A DNA stretch of 16,273 nucleotides, taken from positions 1-16,273 of the forward strand of contig NW_021825577.1 of NCBI RefSeq assembly GCF_006345805.1, in the 5' to 3' direction. A model generated the notes under the pieces. The model was not told the origin of the DNA, did not search any database, and was given only the letters and a program-made list of their open reading frames with translations. Positions 1 through 8,838 of this stretch are shown here, piece after piece (the first letter of the stretch is position 1; the number at the start of each line of letters is the position of its first letter). Origin of the DNA: Octopus sinensis. Lineage: Eukaryota. Both the position numbers and the translations under genes were made by a program.

Positions 1-797
1 TTGCGCATTTCTCAATGTGCTCACTAAAAGGTATCATTCTGTATTCTGGGAATGCAATCTGTTATCGATGCAGTGTGCATCTACGTCTGAGTGATAGTCC
101 CGTGGATCCCACGTAGTTTTGGTGGCAGCCCGATCATTTTATGACATAAATTATGTTTTCAGAGGCACAAGTAAAGTTAGATTTGATCTTGAATTTCTTT
201 AAAGAGGAATTCTGATCCTTTTAGCAGGTTTGGACATGTTGCACAGTTCGATCTACCACATTTTTAACTTTTGCATCCGTAATATCAGAAGACAATTTTG
301 CCTTTGTGAGAATCTTTTTAAGTGATTTAGGTTGTTTGTAGTTTTCAATGATTTGGTGTATGTTTAGAATTTCCTTTAATTTGGGGTCCTTATGAAGTAT
401 TGGTAAATTCTGGGTGATGATGGTGAAGGCTTCTTTGTTTCTGGGGTTGTATGTAGATATGTAAGGTAGTATTTTCGGGGAAGGTGTGTTGTTGTGTTGA
501 ACTTTTCTTAAAGTTTCTATGTTGATTTCTGTTGCACGTCTAATCCCATCCTCTATGAGTTGAGCTGGGTAATGTCTGTCAATTAGGGTGTTTTTGAGTT
601 CTTGCAGTCTAAAGTTCCTGGTATTTTGTTCTGACACTATTGTGCATATCCTTCTTGCAAAGTTGAAGGGGATGTTTGTTTTTTTAGTGTGTCTTGGGTG
701 GCATGAATTAAAAAGAAGGTATTGTTTGGCGTCTGTGGCTTTGTAAAAATGTCTGTTTCTATTTTAAGGTTAATTTTTTTAATTAGTATATCCAAGA

Positions 798-801
<4 letters not shown>
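1..801 (-). mobile_element. Penelope-like retroelement fragment (RT C-terminus, linker, GIY-YIG endonuclease), pseudogenised, 5'-truncated and running off the left edge
   Basis: Manual minus-strand translation across frameshifts gives PFLDILIKKINLKIETDIF/YKATDAKQYLLFNSCHPRHTK/NIPFNFARRICTIVSEQNTRNFRLQELK (RT C-terminus), then ORF 221-637 as linker, then CGRSNCATCPNL, and KFKIKSNFTCASENIIYVIK*SGCHQNYVGSTGLSLRRRCTLHR* (GIY-YIG with upstream Cys motif). This domain order is diagnostic of Penelope-like elements. Confidence 0.9.
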
Positions 802-851
<50 letters not shown>

Positions 852-858
852 TATATAG

Positions 859-890
<32 letters not shown>

Positions 891-909
891 ATATATATAT
901 ATATATATA
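802..909. repeat. (TA)n microsatellite
   Basis: About 108 bp of near-pure TA repeat; source of spurious ORF 722-910. Confidence 0.98.
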
Positions 910-910
910 G

Positions 911-1116
911 GAGCACTCCGTCGGTAACGACGACGAGGGCTTCAGGTGTTACGATCAACGGAACAGCCTGCTCGTGAAATTAACGTGTAAGTGGCTGAGC
1001 ATTCCACAAACACCAAGTACTCTTAACGTAGTTCGCAAGGAGATTCAGCGTGACAAGGTTGGCCCTTTTTTGAAATACAGTACTACTCATTTTTGCCAGC
1101 TGAGTGGATGCAGCAA
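911..1116 (-). mobile_element. 5'-truncated SINE (family C-related, Meta-domain-like core remnant, different 3' tail)
   Basis: The minus strand begins TTGCTGCATCCACTCAGCTGGCAAAAATGAGT, matching TTGCTCCAGTTCACTCAGCTGTAGAAATGAGT in the full SINE at 12721-13077. The tRNA head is missing. Confidence 0.7.
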
Positions 1117-1191
1117 GTTATTGCATATTTAACTTATTGTTTTCTTATTTCATGTTGTTTACTGTTGGTGACGTCCTGTACCCATATATGC

Positions 1192-1256
1192 ATATATATA
1201 TTATATAATATATATATATATATATAATATATATATATATTATATATATAATATGC
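1192..1256. repeat. Imperfect (TA)n microsatellite
   Basis: Direct reading. Confidence 0.9.
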
Positions 1257-1264
1257 ATACATAT

Positions 1265-1448
1265 CCGAACCGGTAAGTTACAGAGACGTAGACACATCAG
1301 CATCGGTTGTCAAACGAGGATGGGGGGGATAAACATAGACACAAACGCATATATATATATATGACGGGCTTCTTTCAGTTTCCGTCTTTCAAATCCACGC
1401 ATAAAGATTTAGTCGGCCCGAGGCTATAGTAGAAGACACTTGCCCAAG
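1265..1448 (-). mobile_element. Internal fragment of SINE family B
   Basis: Aligns to 6330-6800 (CCGAACCG..TAAGTTAC, CATCGGTTGTCAA, GACGGGCTTCTTTCAGTTTCCG, GTCGGCCCGAGGCTATAGTAGAAGACACTTGCCCAAG). Confidence 0.85.
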
Positions 1449-1744
1449 TATATATTGAGTGTGCATTAGATCACTATATAATACAATCTACAAACAAGAT
1501 AGAGGCTTCTTTGCCCACACTGCATCTCTGCCGGAAAATATAGCATCCTGAGATGTACTTCTGAATATAAATAATACAGTTTACACTCCTATTTCCTGAC
1601 GAACACTTTGATGTAGAATCCGGTGGTAGTAATTTTAATTTCAGTGTTTGTAATCCTTTACTTGTCAGTGAATTTCAGTGTAACGTTTCTGGGATTTGAT
1701 AAGTTTTATTCTGCCAACAAACTAAACAAAATAGAATGGCTAGC

Positions 1745-1800
1745 CATCTTTCTGACGAGTGAGTACTTACACGAAACCTGAGATTGCATGGTCTGAGAAG
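1745..1800 (+). ncRNA. Type I hammerhead ribozyme motif (possibly from a Penelope-like terminal repeat)
   Basis: CTGACGA 1752-1758; stem II GTG 1759-1761 / CAC 1770-1772; GAAA 1773-1776; stem III A1776-T1792, C1777-G1791, C1778-G1790; GUC triplet 1791-1793; stem I 1745-1751 against 1794-1800 in register (U.U, U.G, U-A, C-G, U-A, AxA, C-G). Confidence 0.65.
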
Positions 1801-1926
1801 AAATAGTTACATAAACAGATTATGTATCTATGTTTTTGCATCTGCATTGAACGTATAGCTTGCTTATGCATTAGATAATTATACGCACATATATACACAC
1901 ACATAAATACATTTACTATCTAGTTA

Positions 1927-1970
1927 TGTATGTATGTATGTACCTCTCTCTCTCTCTCTCTCTCTGTCTG

Positions 1971-2022
<52 letters not shown>

Positions 2023-2030
2023 ACTATCTA

Positions 2031-2109
<79 letters not shown>

Positions 2110-2110
2110 C
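1927..2110. repeat. Compound microsatellite (TATG)n(CT)n(CTAT)n(CTGT)n(CTAT)n
   Basis: Direct reading; source of spurious ORFs 1926-2159 and 1930-2232. Confidence 0.97.
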
Positions 2111-2201
2111 TATGTCTACCCAATCAAGTACCAAACAAACTAATGAACCAACAATTTAACCGATTGACCAGCCGTCCTGGAATGAAGAATTTTATTTATA
2201 G

Positions 2202-2279
2202 AGTTGGAGACCAGAATCCCAGAAAGCAATAATGCAGTGAAGAAACAAGCCATTAAAGTTCCATTTGTATCTAGGAATG
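2202..2279 (+). CDS. Possible 78-nt internal exon of an unidentified host gene ([27 protein letters not shown])
   Basis: Acceptor TTTTATTTATAG ending 2201, donor ATG|GTAACT at 2280, length divisible by 3, phase 1-1, only one frame open, not in a recognisable repeat. No homology recognised. Confidence 0.27.
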
Positions 2280-2459
2280 GTAACTGATGTTATCGATTCT
2301 TTAAATACATAAGATAGAATAAAAGTTCGTGAATAACAAAAGGAGTGGCGTGGCATTTCGGTACATCAAACGGATATCAGATGGGAATGGGTTGTTATAT
2401 AGATAGAATAGCAACAATGGTAAAAAGCCGTACACGATGGTCCTTTTTCGCATTTAGAT

Positions 2460-2640
2460 TTCTTTTATCTCTTTACTGGTTTCAGTCATTGGACTGCGGC
2501 CTTATTGGGGCACCATTTTGAAGAATTTAATCGAACAAATCGATTCCGGTGCTTGCTTTGAGGTCTGTTACTTATTCTGTCTTACCTTTTGAGGGACAGA
2601 GCTGGATGTCAACCAGTGAAACGGGGGATAAACACAAATT
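2460..2640 (-). mobile_element. Diverged 3' fragment of SINE family B
   Basis: TCTTTTATCTCTTTACTGGTTTCAGTCATTGGACTGCGGCC..GGGGCACC aligns with 6203-6260; GGGGGATAAACACA aligns with GGGGGACAAACACA near 6390. Confidence 0.75.
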
Positions 2641-2655
2641 CAAAGAAAAAACACA

Positions 2656-2699
2656 CATTCCTAAGGTATTTTTCGATGTTGTTGTTGTTGTTGTTGTTG

Positions 2700-2758
<59 letters not shown>

Positions 2759-2796
2759 TTCAGGCCACTCCTTGGAATCGAACTCGGAATCTTTGG
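2656..2796 (-). mobile_element. Partial inverted copy of SINE family D (B-box half of tRNA head, (AAT)n(AAC)n tract, start of body)
   Basis: The reverse complement reads CCAAAGATTCCGAGTTCGATTCCAAGGAGTGGCCTGAAAA(TAA)n..(CAA)nCATCGAAAAATACCTTAGGAATG. This matches 2831-2860 and 3331-3367 on the plus strand. Confidence 0.75.
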
Positions 2797-2800
2797 CATA

Positions 2801-2854
2801 TGGCATAGTGGTTAAGAGCGCGGGCTACTAACCTCAAGATTATTCAAGCAGCGA

Positions 2855-2921
<67 letters not shown>

Positions 2922-3279
2922 GACTAAAACGATACCTGTTGTCATAGGTGCCCTGGGAATGATAGCAAAAGGGGCTGATTGCTACCTAACTCAGATACCA
3001 GGAAACCCCAAAATGGCTGAAATTCAAAATATAGTGCTCATGAGAACTGCTCATATCCTACGCAGAATACTTTCTATGTAATCTCAAGTTTTAAAACAAA
3101 CATAATTTTCGTATGGTTCTTTAGGCATTCACTAGTATAACACTAAGTACAAAACCAAATATATGGCACCCTAATATAACACCAACATGAATTTCCAAAT
3201 TGTCTCTTGAGGTCTCTGGGTGAGACTTGGAGCCAGCTTGTGCAAATGTAAGGCAAAAGTCAAACATATAATAATAATA

Positions 3280-3316
<37 letters not shown>

Positions 3317-3503
3317 GTAGTAATAATAATAATAACAACAACAACATCGAAATTTACCTTAGGAATGAGAACCCAGGTTCGAAATTTCCCCAAGACACCC
3401 GATGACAGCTGGAGAGTATATCAGCCGAAACATTGTGTTAACAACAAACAAGATGAGGACAAATATCCGTCAAATGTAAATAATGTAAATAATGTAAATA
3501 ATG
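2801..3503 (+). mobile_element. SINE family D: tRNA-derived head, internal (AAT)n(AAC)n tract, body with hammerhead-like motif and (AATGTAAAT)n tail; interrupted by a LINE fragment
   Basis: A-box TGGCATAGTGG 2801-2811. The B-box is deleted relative to the inverted copy. Continuity of head, microsatellite and body is shown by the uninterrupted inverted copy at 2656-2796. 9-bp tail repeats at 3474-3503. Confidence 0.65.
2920..3268 (+). mobile_element. 3' fragment of a restriction-like-endonuclease (R4/Dong/HERO/NeSL-type) non-LTR retrotransposon
   Basis: 2920-3081 translates KTKTIPVVIGALGMIAKGADCYLTQIPGNPKMAEIQNIVLMRTAHILRRILSM*, the typical C-terminal IPVVIGALG..LQ..L..TA.ILR motif. It is followed by a 3' UTR and (TAA)n. 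Confidence 0.85.
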
Positions 3504-3510
3504 CCAGTGT

Positions 3511-3959
3511 ATAATAATGTCATTGTTCAGTTTTATTTCAAGATTTCTTGCCAATAGAGAAAGAGCCGGTTTCTAACTTAGATTCAAGGCTCCTTCATTG
3601 GAATTTCAACATCAACAACAGGGTATTTTTGTTTGTATGCATGTATGTGTATGTGCAGATTTGTATGTTTTGTTTTGTGTATGTATTCTCATGCATATAG
3701 TTGCATATCTAGACATGTTCATATACATTTAAATGGCAAACTTCTGTAAAGTTTTACATATTTCCACAGTTCCAGTGATGGACTAGATCTGTAGTCTTCG
3801 AATTCGCTTTCTCCTTTCTGGTTTTGAGAAGTCTAATTTCTCAAGATTGGTATTTAGGCAGTGAGTTACATTTCCCAGTGCCCCAATAATTACAGGTATA
3901 AACCTAAACTTGTAATCTGGCTAGAGTAACTTCAGATATCTCAGTAGTTCAGCGTAGGT
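3511..3959 (-). mobile_element. 3' fragment of a second, different restriction-like-endonuclease non-LTR retrotransposon (decayed)
   Basis: 3959-3729 translates TYAELLRYLKLL*PDYKFRFIPVIIGALGNVTHCLNTNLEKLDFSKPERRKRIRRLQI*SITGTVEICKTLQKFAI* (IPVIIGALG motif, two premature stops), followed by about 220 bp of 3' UTR. Confidence 0.82.
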
Positions 3960-4045
3960 ATATGTATGTATATTTGTATGTATGTATGTATGTATGTATG
4001 TATGTATGTATGTATGTATGTATGTATGTATGTATGTATGTATGC
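3960..4045. repeat. (TATG)n microsatellite
   Basis: Direct reading. Confidence 0.97.
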
Positions 4046-4350
4046 GTATATACATACATTCATATATGTATATAGTTCAAAATATATGTAGGGATTAACT
4101 GTTCAACATGATGATATATATATATATATATAAATATATATATATACATAGTTGAAATTTACAGAAAAACAAAAGACGAAGACTGGTGTATGAACAACAA
4201 GCAGGTGTATTAGTTTGACGGACGCTCGGAAAAGAGAAAAAGTGTTTTATATTTCGAACTTACGCTCTTGAACAGAAAGAAGAGAAAATAAACAGAGAGA
4301 GAATGAAAAAAAACTTGTAGATTTCGCGATCAAGCATAGCGAATGATTAT

Positions 4351-4417
<67 letters not shown>

Positions 4418-4686
4418 CACACACACACACATGTAAATATACACGTGTATACACATACACACACGTAATAAAGTTCTCAGTATTTCCCGAAGAACATTGT
4501 TATATTTTTAAAAAATAGGTTAATGTTTTACTTAGTTAATCCATTTTCCAGATTCCTATAGAATCGAAACAGGAATCATTATATAAACTACACACGAAAT
4601 AATGACTACACACTTCACCCCCTCCACCACCACCACCACCACCATCACCACCACCACCACGCACACACGTACATGTGCATAAATAT

Positions 4687-4725
<39 letters not shown>
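4351..4725. repeat. Microsatellite cluster: (CA)n 4351-4430, (CAC)n 4617-4660, (CA)n/(TA)n 4690-4727
   Basis: Direct reading. Confidence 0.93.
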
Positions 4726-4728
<3 letters not shown>

Positions 4729-5065
4729 GTTTTGTTTTTATCCTTACCATTATTGTTTTTACGTATTTGTATTCTTATTCGTGCTTTCTTTATTGTTTTT
4801 ACGTATTTTGTATTTTTTATTCGTGTAACAATCGTCCGTTTTTCCGTCCTTGTGTTTGGTACATTCGAGGCTTTCTTCCAATGCGCTGGCTTAGATTTCC
4901 TTGGGGCTGCCCAGATCGGAGCAATCTCAAGATTAAGCAGCTGAAATTGCGAAGATGATCCGTTTCTTGACTGATGATGGGACTTCGAATGTCCCGGTCC
5001 TGTGTTTCTTGTGTCGTCTTCTAGGTGTTTCACGTTCTTGTCCCTTTTGTATATTTTTTTACTTT

Positions 5066-5509
5066 ACACAACACACACACACACACACACACACACAACA
5101 CACACACACATATATATAGATTATAGATATATATATATATATATACAAAATATATATATATGTACGGGGATCAACTATAATACATACCTACGCAGAGAGG
5201 TATTCACTGTTTGAAATGGTAAACGTTTGAACGTTTCTTGGTTTCATTATTCCCTCTCAAACCCAAACACATGTCCAGTTTATCGTTCGTTACATTGGCG
5301 GGCTGTAAACCACCAGCTTTGAAAAAACCTATATGCACTTGGCGAAAGCTAACTGACAACGCGCCTTCTAATGGCAAGCGCTTGTAAGAAAAGCTAAACA
5401 CGAACAACAATTCAAAACATAAAGGGTGTTTTTTCAATCTGTATTCAGCATCAGCCAACGGGAAAATTAACTGCATTGCCGTACCGTTTTTCACGCACGC
5501 ATGAGTACG

Positions 5510-5548
<39 letters not shown>

Positions 5549-5794
5549 CACACACACACACACACACACACACTGTTTCTCTCTCTCTTATTCTCTCGCC
5601 TTCACGCCTGGCGTCTTACGCTTCACGCCATTCCAAGCGCTGTTCTTTTTAACACGTTTCACAAAAGATCTGGAATAATCGATAATTTCGTCCTACTTGT
5701 TCATATTTACGTAAGACAAAAATACGTGTACGAGCGTACATACAAGCACACACACATAAAACATGCTTTCATGCACAAACACAACAGTGTTACA

Positions 5795-5843
<49 letters not shown>

Positions 5844-5999
5844 CTGAAAAGCTTGCTAAAACGAAAGCAAACCGATATTGTGTCTCATGTTGTCACATGA
5901 ATTTCACGGTCTGTCTGTCTGTTTGTCTTCCACTCTCTTTTTCTCTGTATCTCACCTGAAGATACATGCATAGATACATCACACACACACACAAACAAA

Positions 6000-6035
<36 letters not shown>

Positions 6036-6190
6036 ACACACACGCATACGCTCACATGAATTTATCTGTGTATGTGTGTGTATATCCGTATAGTGTATCT
6101 CTCATTACCTATCTACCTACATACCTATCTACCTACCTATCTAACTACCTATCAACTTGTCTGTCTGTCTGTCTGTCTCTCTATTTATCT
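5066..6190. repeat. Microsatellite-rich block: (CA)n/(TA)n 5066-5160, (CA)n 5513-5572, 5795-5842 and 5980-6045, (CTAC)n/(CTGT)n 6105-6190
   Basis: Direct reading; explains the His/Thr and Val/Cys ORFs in this interval. Confidence 0.9.
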
Positions 6191-6202
6191 ACACACGATA
6201 TA

Positions 6203-6423
6203 CTCTTTTACTCTCTTACTTGTTTCAGTCATTTGACTGTGGCCATGCTGGAGCACCGCCTTTAGTCGAGCAGATCGACCCCAGGACTTATTCTTTGTAA
6301 GCCTAGTACTTATTCTATCGGTCTCTTTTTGCCGAACCGCTAAGTTACGGGGACGTAAGCACACCAGCATCGGTTGTCAAGCAACGTTGGGGGACAAACA
6401 CAGACACACAGATATATACGCAC

Positions 6424-6466
<43 letters not shown>

Positions 6467-6876
6467 CACATACATACGACGGGCTTCTTTCAGTTTCCGG
6501 GGACGTAAGTACGCCAGGATCGGTTGTCAAGTGATGTTGGGGGACAAACACAGACACACAGATATACGCACACATACATACATACATACATACATTCTAT
6601 ATATATATATACACATACATACGACGGGCTTCTTTCAGTTTCCGGGGACGTAAGTACGCCAGGATCGGTTGTCAAGTGATGTTGGGGGACAAACACACAC
6701 ACACACACACATACGATGGGCTTCTTTAAGTTTCCATCTATCAAATCCACTCACAAAGCTTTGGTCGGCCCGAGGCTATAGTAGAAGACACTTGCCCAAG
6801 GTGCCACGCAGTGGGACTGAACCCGGAACCATGTTGTTGGTAAGCAAGCTACTTACCACACAGCCATTCCTGCGCC
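6203..6876 (-). mobile_element. Full-length tRNA-derived SINE family B (CORE-like centre) with an internal triplication
   Basis: Minus-strand head GGCGCAGGAATGGCTGTGTGGTAAG with A-box at 6866-6856 and B-box GGTTCAGTCCC at 6823-6813. ACCTTGGGCAAGTG resembles the CORE-SINE motif. The internal segment is repeated at 6348, 6498 and 6643. Confidence 0.88.
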
Positions 6877-7029
6877 CATATATATAAATACACACATTTA
6901 CGAACGGGAGAAAAAACACTAAATGCACATAGTAGAGAATATTTTTGCATTCGAATTTGAGGATTCATTCCATTGTTGCTCCAAGTCTCTCATTCGTTAT
7001 GTTTGTTCGAGCGAAGAATGATGTAATTT

Positions 7030-7641
7030 CTTGTGAACCACTGTGCCAACGAAAATTTTGGCTTATTACAACTTATATTACGTAAGAAAGTCTTGAAAAC
7101 TATTTTGTTTTCGAAGCAAGAGTTCCGTGTGACTCTGTTTGGCGTGAACCTTAACCAGAAGATAATGTTTATTTTAGACAACTGCTTCGCAGATCCGAAA
7201 GTAGAACTGGTAAAAAATACTTTTGGTATCTACTTCTCACACAATTGTACAGCGTTAACCCAACTCTTGGAAAATGTTATTTAACATTCTTTACAAGCTA
7301 AGTATCGCTCGTTGTTTACGAAAACTCTTCGCTAAATGTATTTAACTCTAGCAGGCCAGTAAAAGAGTTTCTTATGGAATTTAACGGGAAAGATATGGTT
7401 TATTGCGTTGTCAATGCTTCGAATTCTGTAAAGGCATCAACAAGAATATCATACATTTTGGGCCCGTTTGGATCACTAGCTCCATCCCTTAGCTCTACAA
7501 GTTTTGTTTCTGCAGGTCCAGAAGCTGCAGAATATTGATTATGTTCTCTACGTTGAAGGGGACAGCTTCCACTAACTTTGTAGGGGTTTAGTTTTGGGGG
7601 AAACATCGACTGTCTTTATCCTTACTACTCTTCTGCGTAAT
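7030..7641 (+). pseudogene. Decayed pogo/Tigger (Jerky/TIGD-like, DDE_1) transposase, part 1
   Basis: QKIMFILDNCFADP..NCTALTQLLENVI*HSLQAKYRSL resembles the pogo motif KILLLLDNCSAHP..NTTSLIQPMDQGVIRSMKAKYR. After a frameshift, VKEFLMEFNGKDMVYCVVNASNSVKAST resembles VEDFQKEFSMKDAIYAVANAWNTV. Consensus motifs are from memory. Confidence 0.78.
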
Positions 7642-7643
7642 TA

Positions 7644-8210
7644 TTGGGTTGTCCGGAAAGTTCGTGCCGATTATAGAAGCTTACCTTTCGACTTATTTTA
7701 GAACATGGTTGATTCCATAAAATAGGATTTGACTACACCTCCATTTAGAGCACAGTTTAAGCTATCTTTTCGTGGAAGAAGGTTTATGTTCCTATAACCT
7801 GTGTTAATTCTGTAACCCTTTGAAATGGAAAATAAGAAAGTTCATTTTCAGCACTTGATGCTTTGGGAACCGGACAAAAATTGCTGCTGCTCGGCTGGGA
7901 TGTGTTACCCCCCACCCTCCATATTCACCAGATATTGCTCCTTCAGATTTCCACTTATTCAGGTCTCTGCAGAATAGTCTTAATGGTAAAAATTTCAATT
8001 CCTTGGATGACGTAAAAAGATACCTTGATGAATTCTTTGCCATGAAACCACCTCAATTCTGGGAAGAGGGCATTTTCAAGTTAAAGGAAAGATGGAGACG
8101 CATTGTGCAACAAAATGGTTCATATTTGGTTGATTAAAAATGTAATGGCAAGTATTTATTGACCTTTTTCTTTACTTTAAAAATCGGCACGAACTTTCTG
8201 GACAACCCAA
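7644..8210 (+). mobile_element. Internally deleted mariner (Tc1/mariner, mellifera-subfamily-like), 567 bp
   Basis: 29-bp TIRs TTGGGTTGTCC(G/A)GAAAGTTCGTGCCGATT at 7644-7672 and 8182-8210 (1 mismatch); TA on the left, TT on the right. ATG at 7825 gives MENKKVHFQHLMLWE, joined to TGQKLLLLGWDVLP and, after a frameshift in a C run, HPPYSPDIAPSDFHLFRSLQNSLNGKNF..ERWRRIVQQNGSYLVD* (7913-8137), which contains the YSPD(L/I)APSD motif. Confidence 0.95.
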
Positions 8211-8212
8211 TT

Positions 8213-8392
8213 CTAACTTTTAAATTTGTGTAGATGGTTGTATGTCTTGAGAAAGAAGACAGTATAGAGGAAAGTAGTGATGTAAACGAGAAAGCTGCAA
8301 CAGAAAGTGTCTCTTGATAGGATAATTCAGCTGACAGACGAAATACTAAAAGCTCTACATCAACGTAGTTTTATAAGTGAACTAGAAATATT
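8213..8392 (+). pseudogene. Decayed pogo/Tigger transposase, C-terminal part 2
   Basis: Acidic stretch EKEDSIEESSDVNEKAATE, then KVSLDRIIQLTDEILKALHQRSFISELEI, resembling Jerky/TIGD C-termini (KVPIDDMVKMCDGLIEGLEQRAFITEQEI, from memory). Same strand as part 1. Confidence 0.68.
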
Positions 8393-8600
8393 TCTTTCTA
8401 ATTTTGGAACAAGGCCATCAATTTTGATGGGAGAAGGCAAGTCGATTATATCACATCGAAGCAAGTACTTGACTGGTAATTTATTTTATCGACCTCTGCA
8501 AAAAATGAAAGGCAAAACTGACCTCGGTAAAATTTGAGCTCAAAACGTAAAGAGCTGGAAGAAATGCCTCTAAGCATTTTGTCCGACGTGATAACAATTC
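8390..8600 (-). mobile_element. Old, diverged SINE related to family A
   Basis: GTCGATTATATC, ACTGGTAATTTATTTTATCGACC, ATGAAAGGCAAAACTGACCTCGGTAAAATTTGAGCTC align to the family A core; different 3' end (TTCTTTCTAATTTTGGAACAA). Confidence 0.72.
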
Positions 8601-8601
8601 T

Positions 8602-8832
8602 TATTTCTTTATTGCCCACAAGGGGCTAAACACAGAGAGGACAAACAAGGACAGATAAACGGATTAAGTCGATTACATAGACCCCAGTGCGCGACTGGTA
8701 CTTATTTAATTGGCCCCGAAAGGATGAAAGGCAAAGTCGACCTCGGCGGAATTTGAACTCAGAACGTAGCGGCAGACGAAATACGGCTACGCATTTCGCT
8801 CGGCGTGCTAACGTTTCTGCCAGCTCGCCGCC
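8602..8832 (-). mobile_element. SINE family A, full-length monomer
   Basis: Minus-strand head GGCGGCGAGCTGGCAGAAACGTTAGC (A-box-like), B-box GAGTTCAAATTCC, 3' end TGTGGGCAATAAAGAAATA. Confidence 0.92.
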
Positions 8833-8838
8833 TTATAA

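Noticed and set aside
4150-4315. Minus-strand segment with CAAGAGCGTAAGTTCGAAAT resembling a hammerhead or Penelope tail repeat
   Set aside because: The CUGANGA core is absent and stem II is not formable; probably a decayed dispersed repeat, but there is no second copy here to support it.
4536-5040. 165-aa minus-strand ORF, and CTGATGA-T-GGGAC/GTCCC hairpin at 4971-4995
   Set aside because: Half the ORF is microsatellite and the rest has no recognisable motif. The hairpin is followed by GGTCC rather than GAAA, so it is not a hammerhead as written. Possibly an unclassified repeat.
5204-5500. Unique-looking island with open frames on both strands and possible splice sites
   Set aside because: No recognisable peptide, weak acceptor; cannot distinguish from chance.
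7400-7606. Minus-strand ORF ..GPKMYDILVDAFTEFEALTTQ that looks protein-like
   Set aside because: It is the antisense shadow of the plus-strand pogo transposase remnant.
7804-8043. 79-aa minus-strand ORF
   Set aside because: Antisense of the mariner transposase C-terminus.
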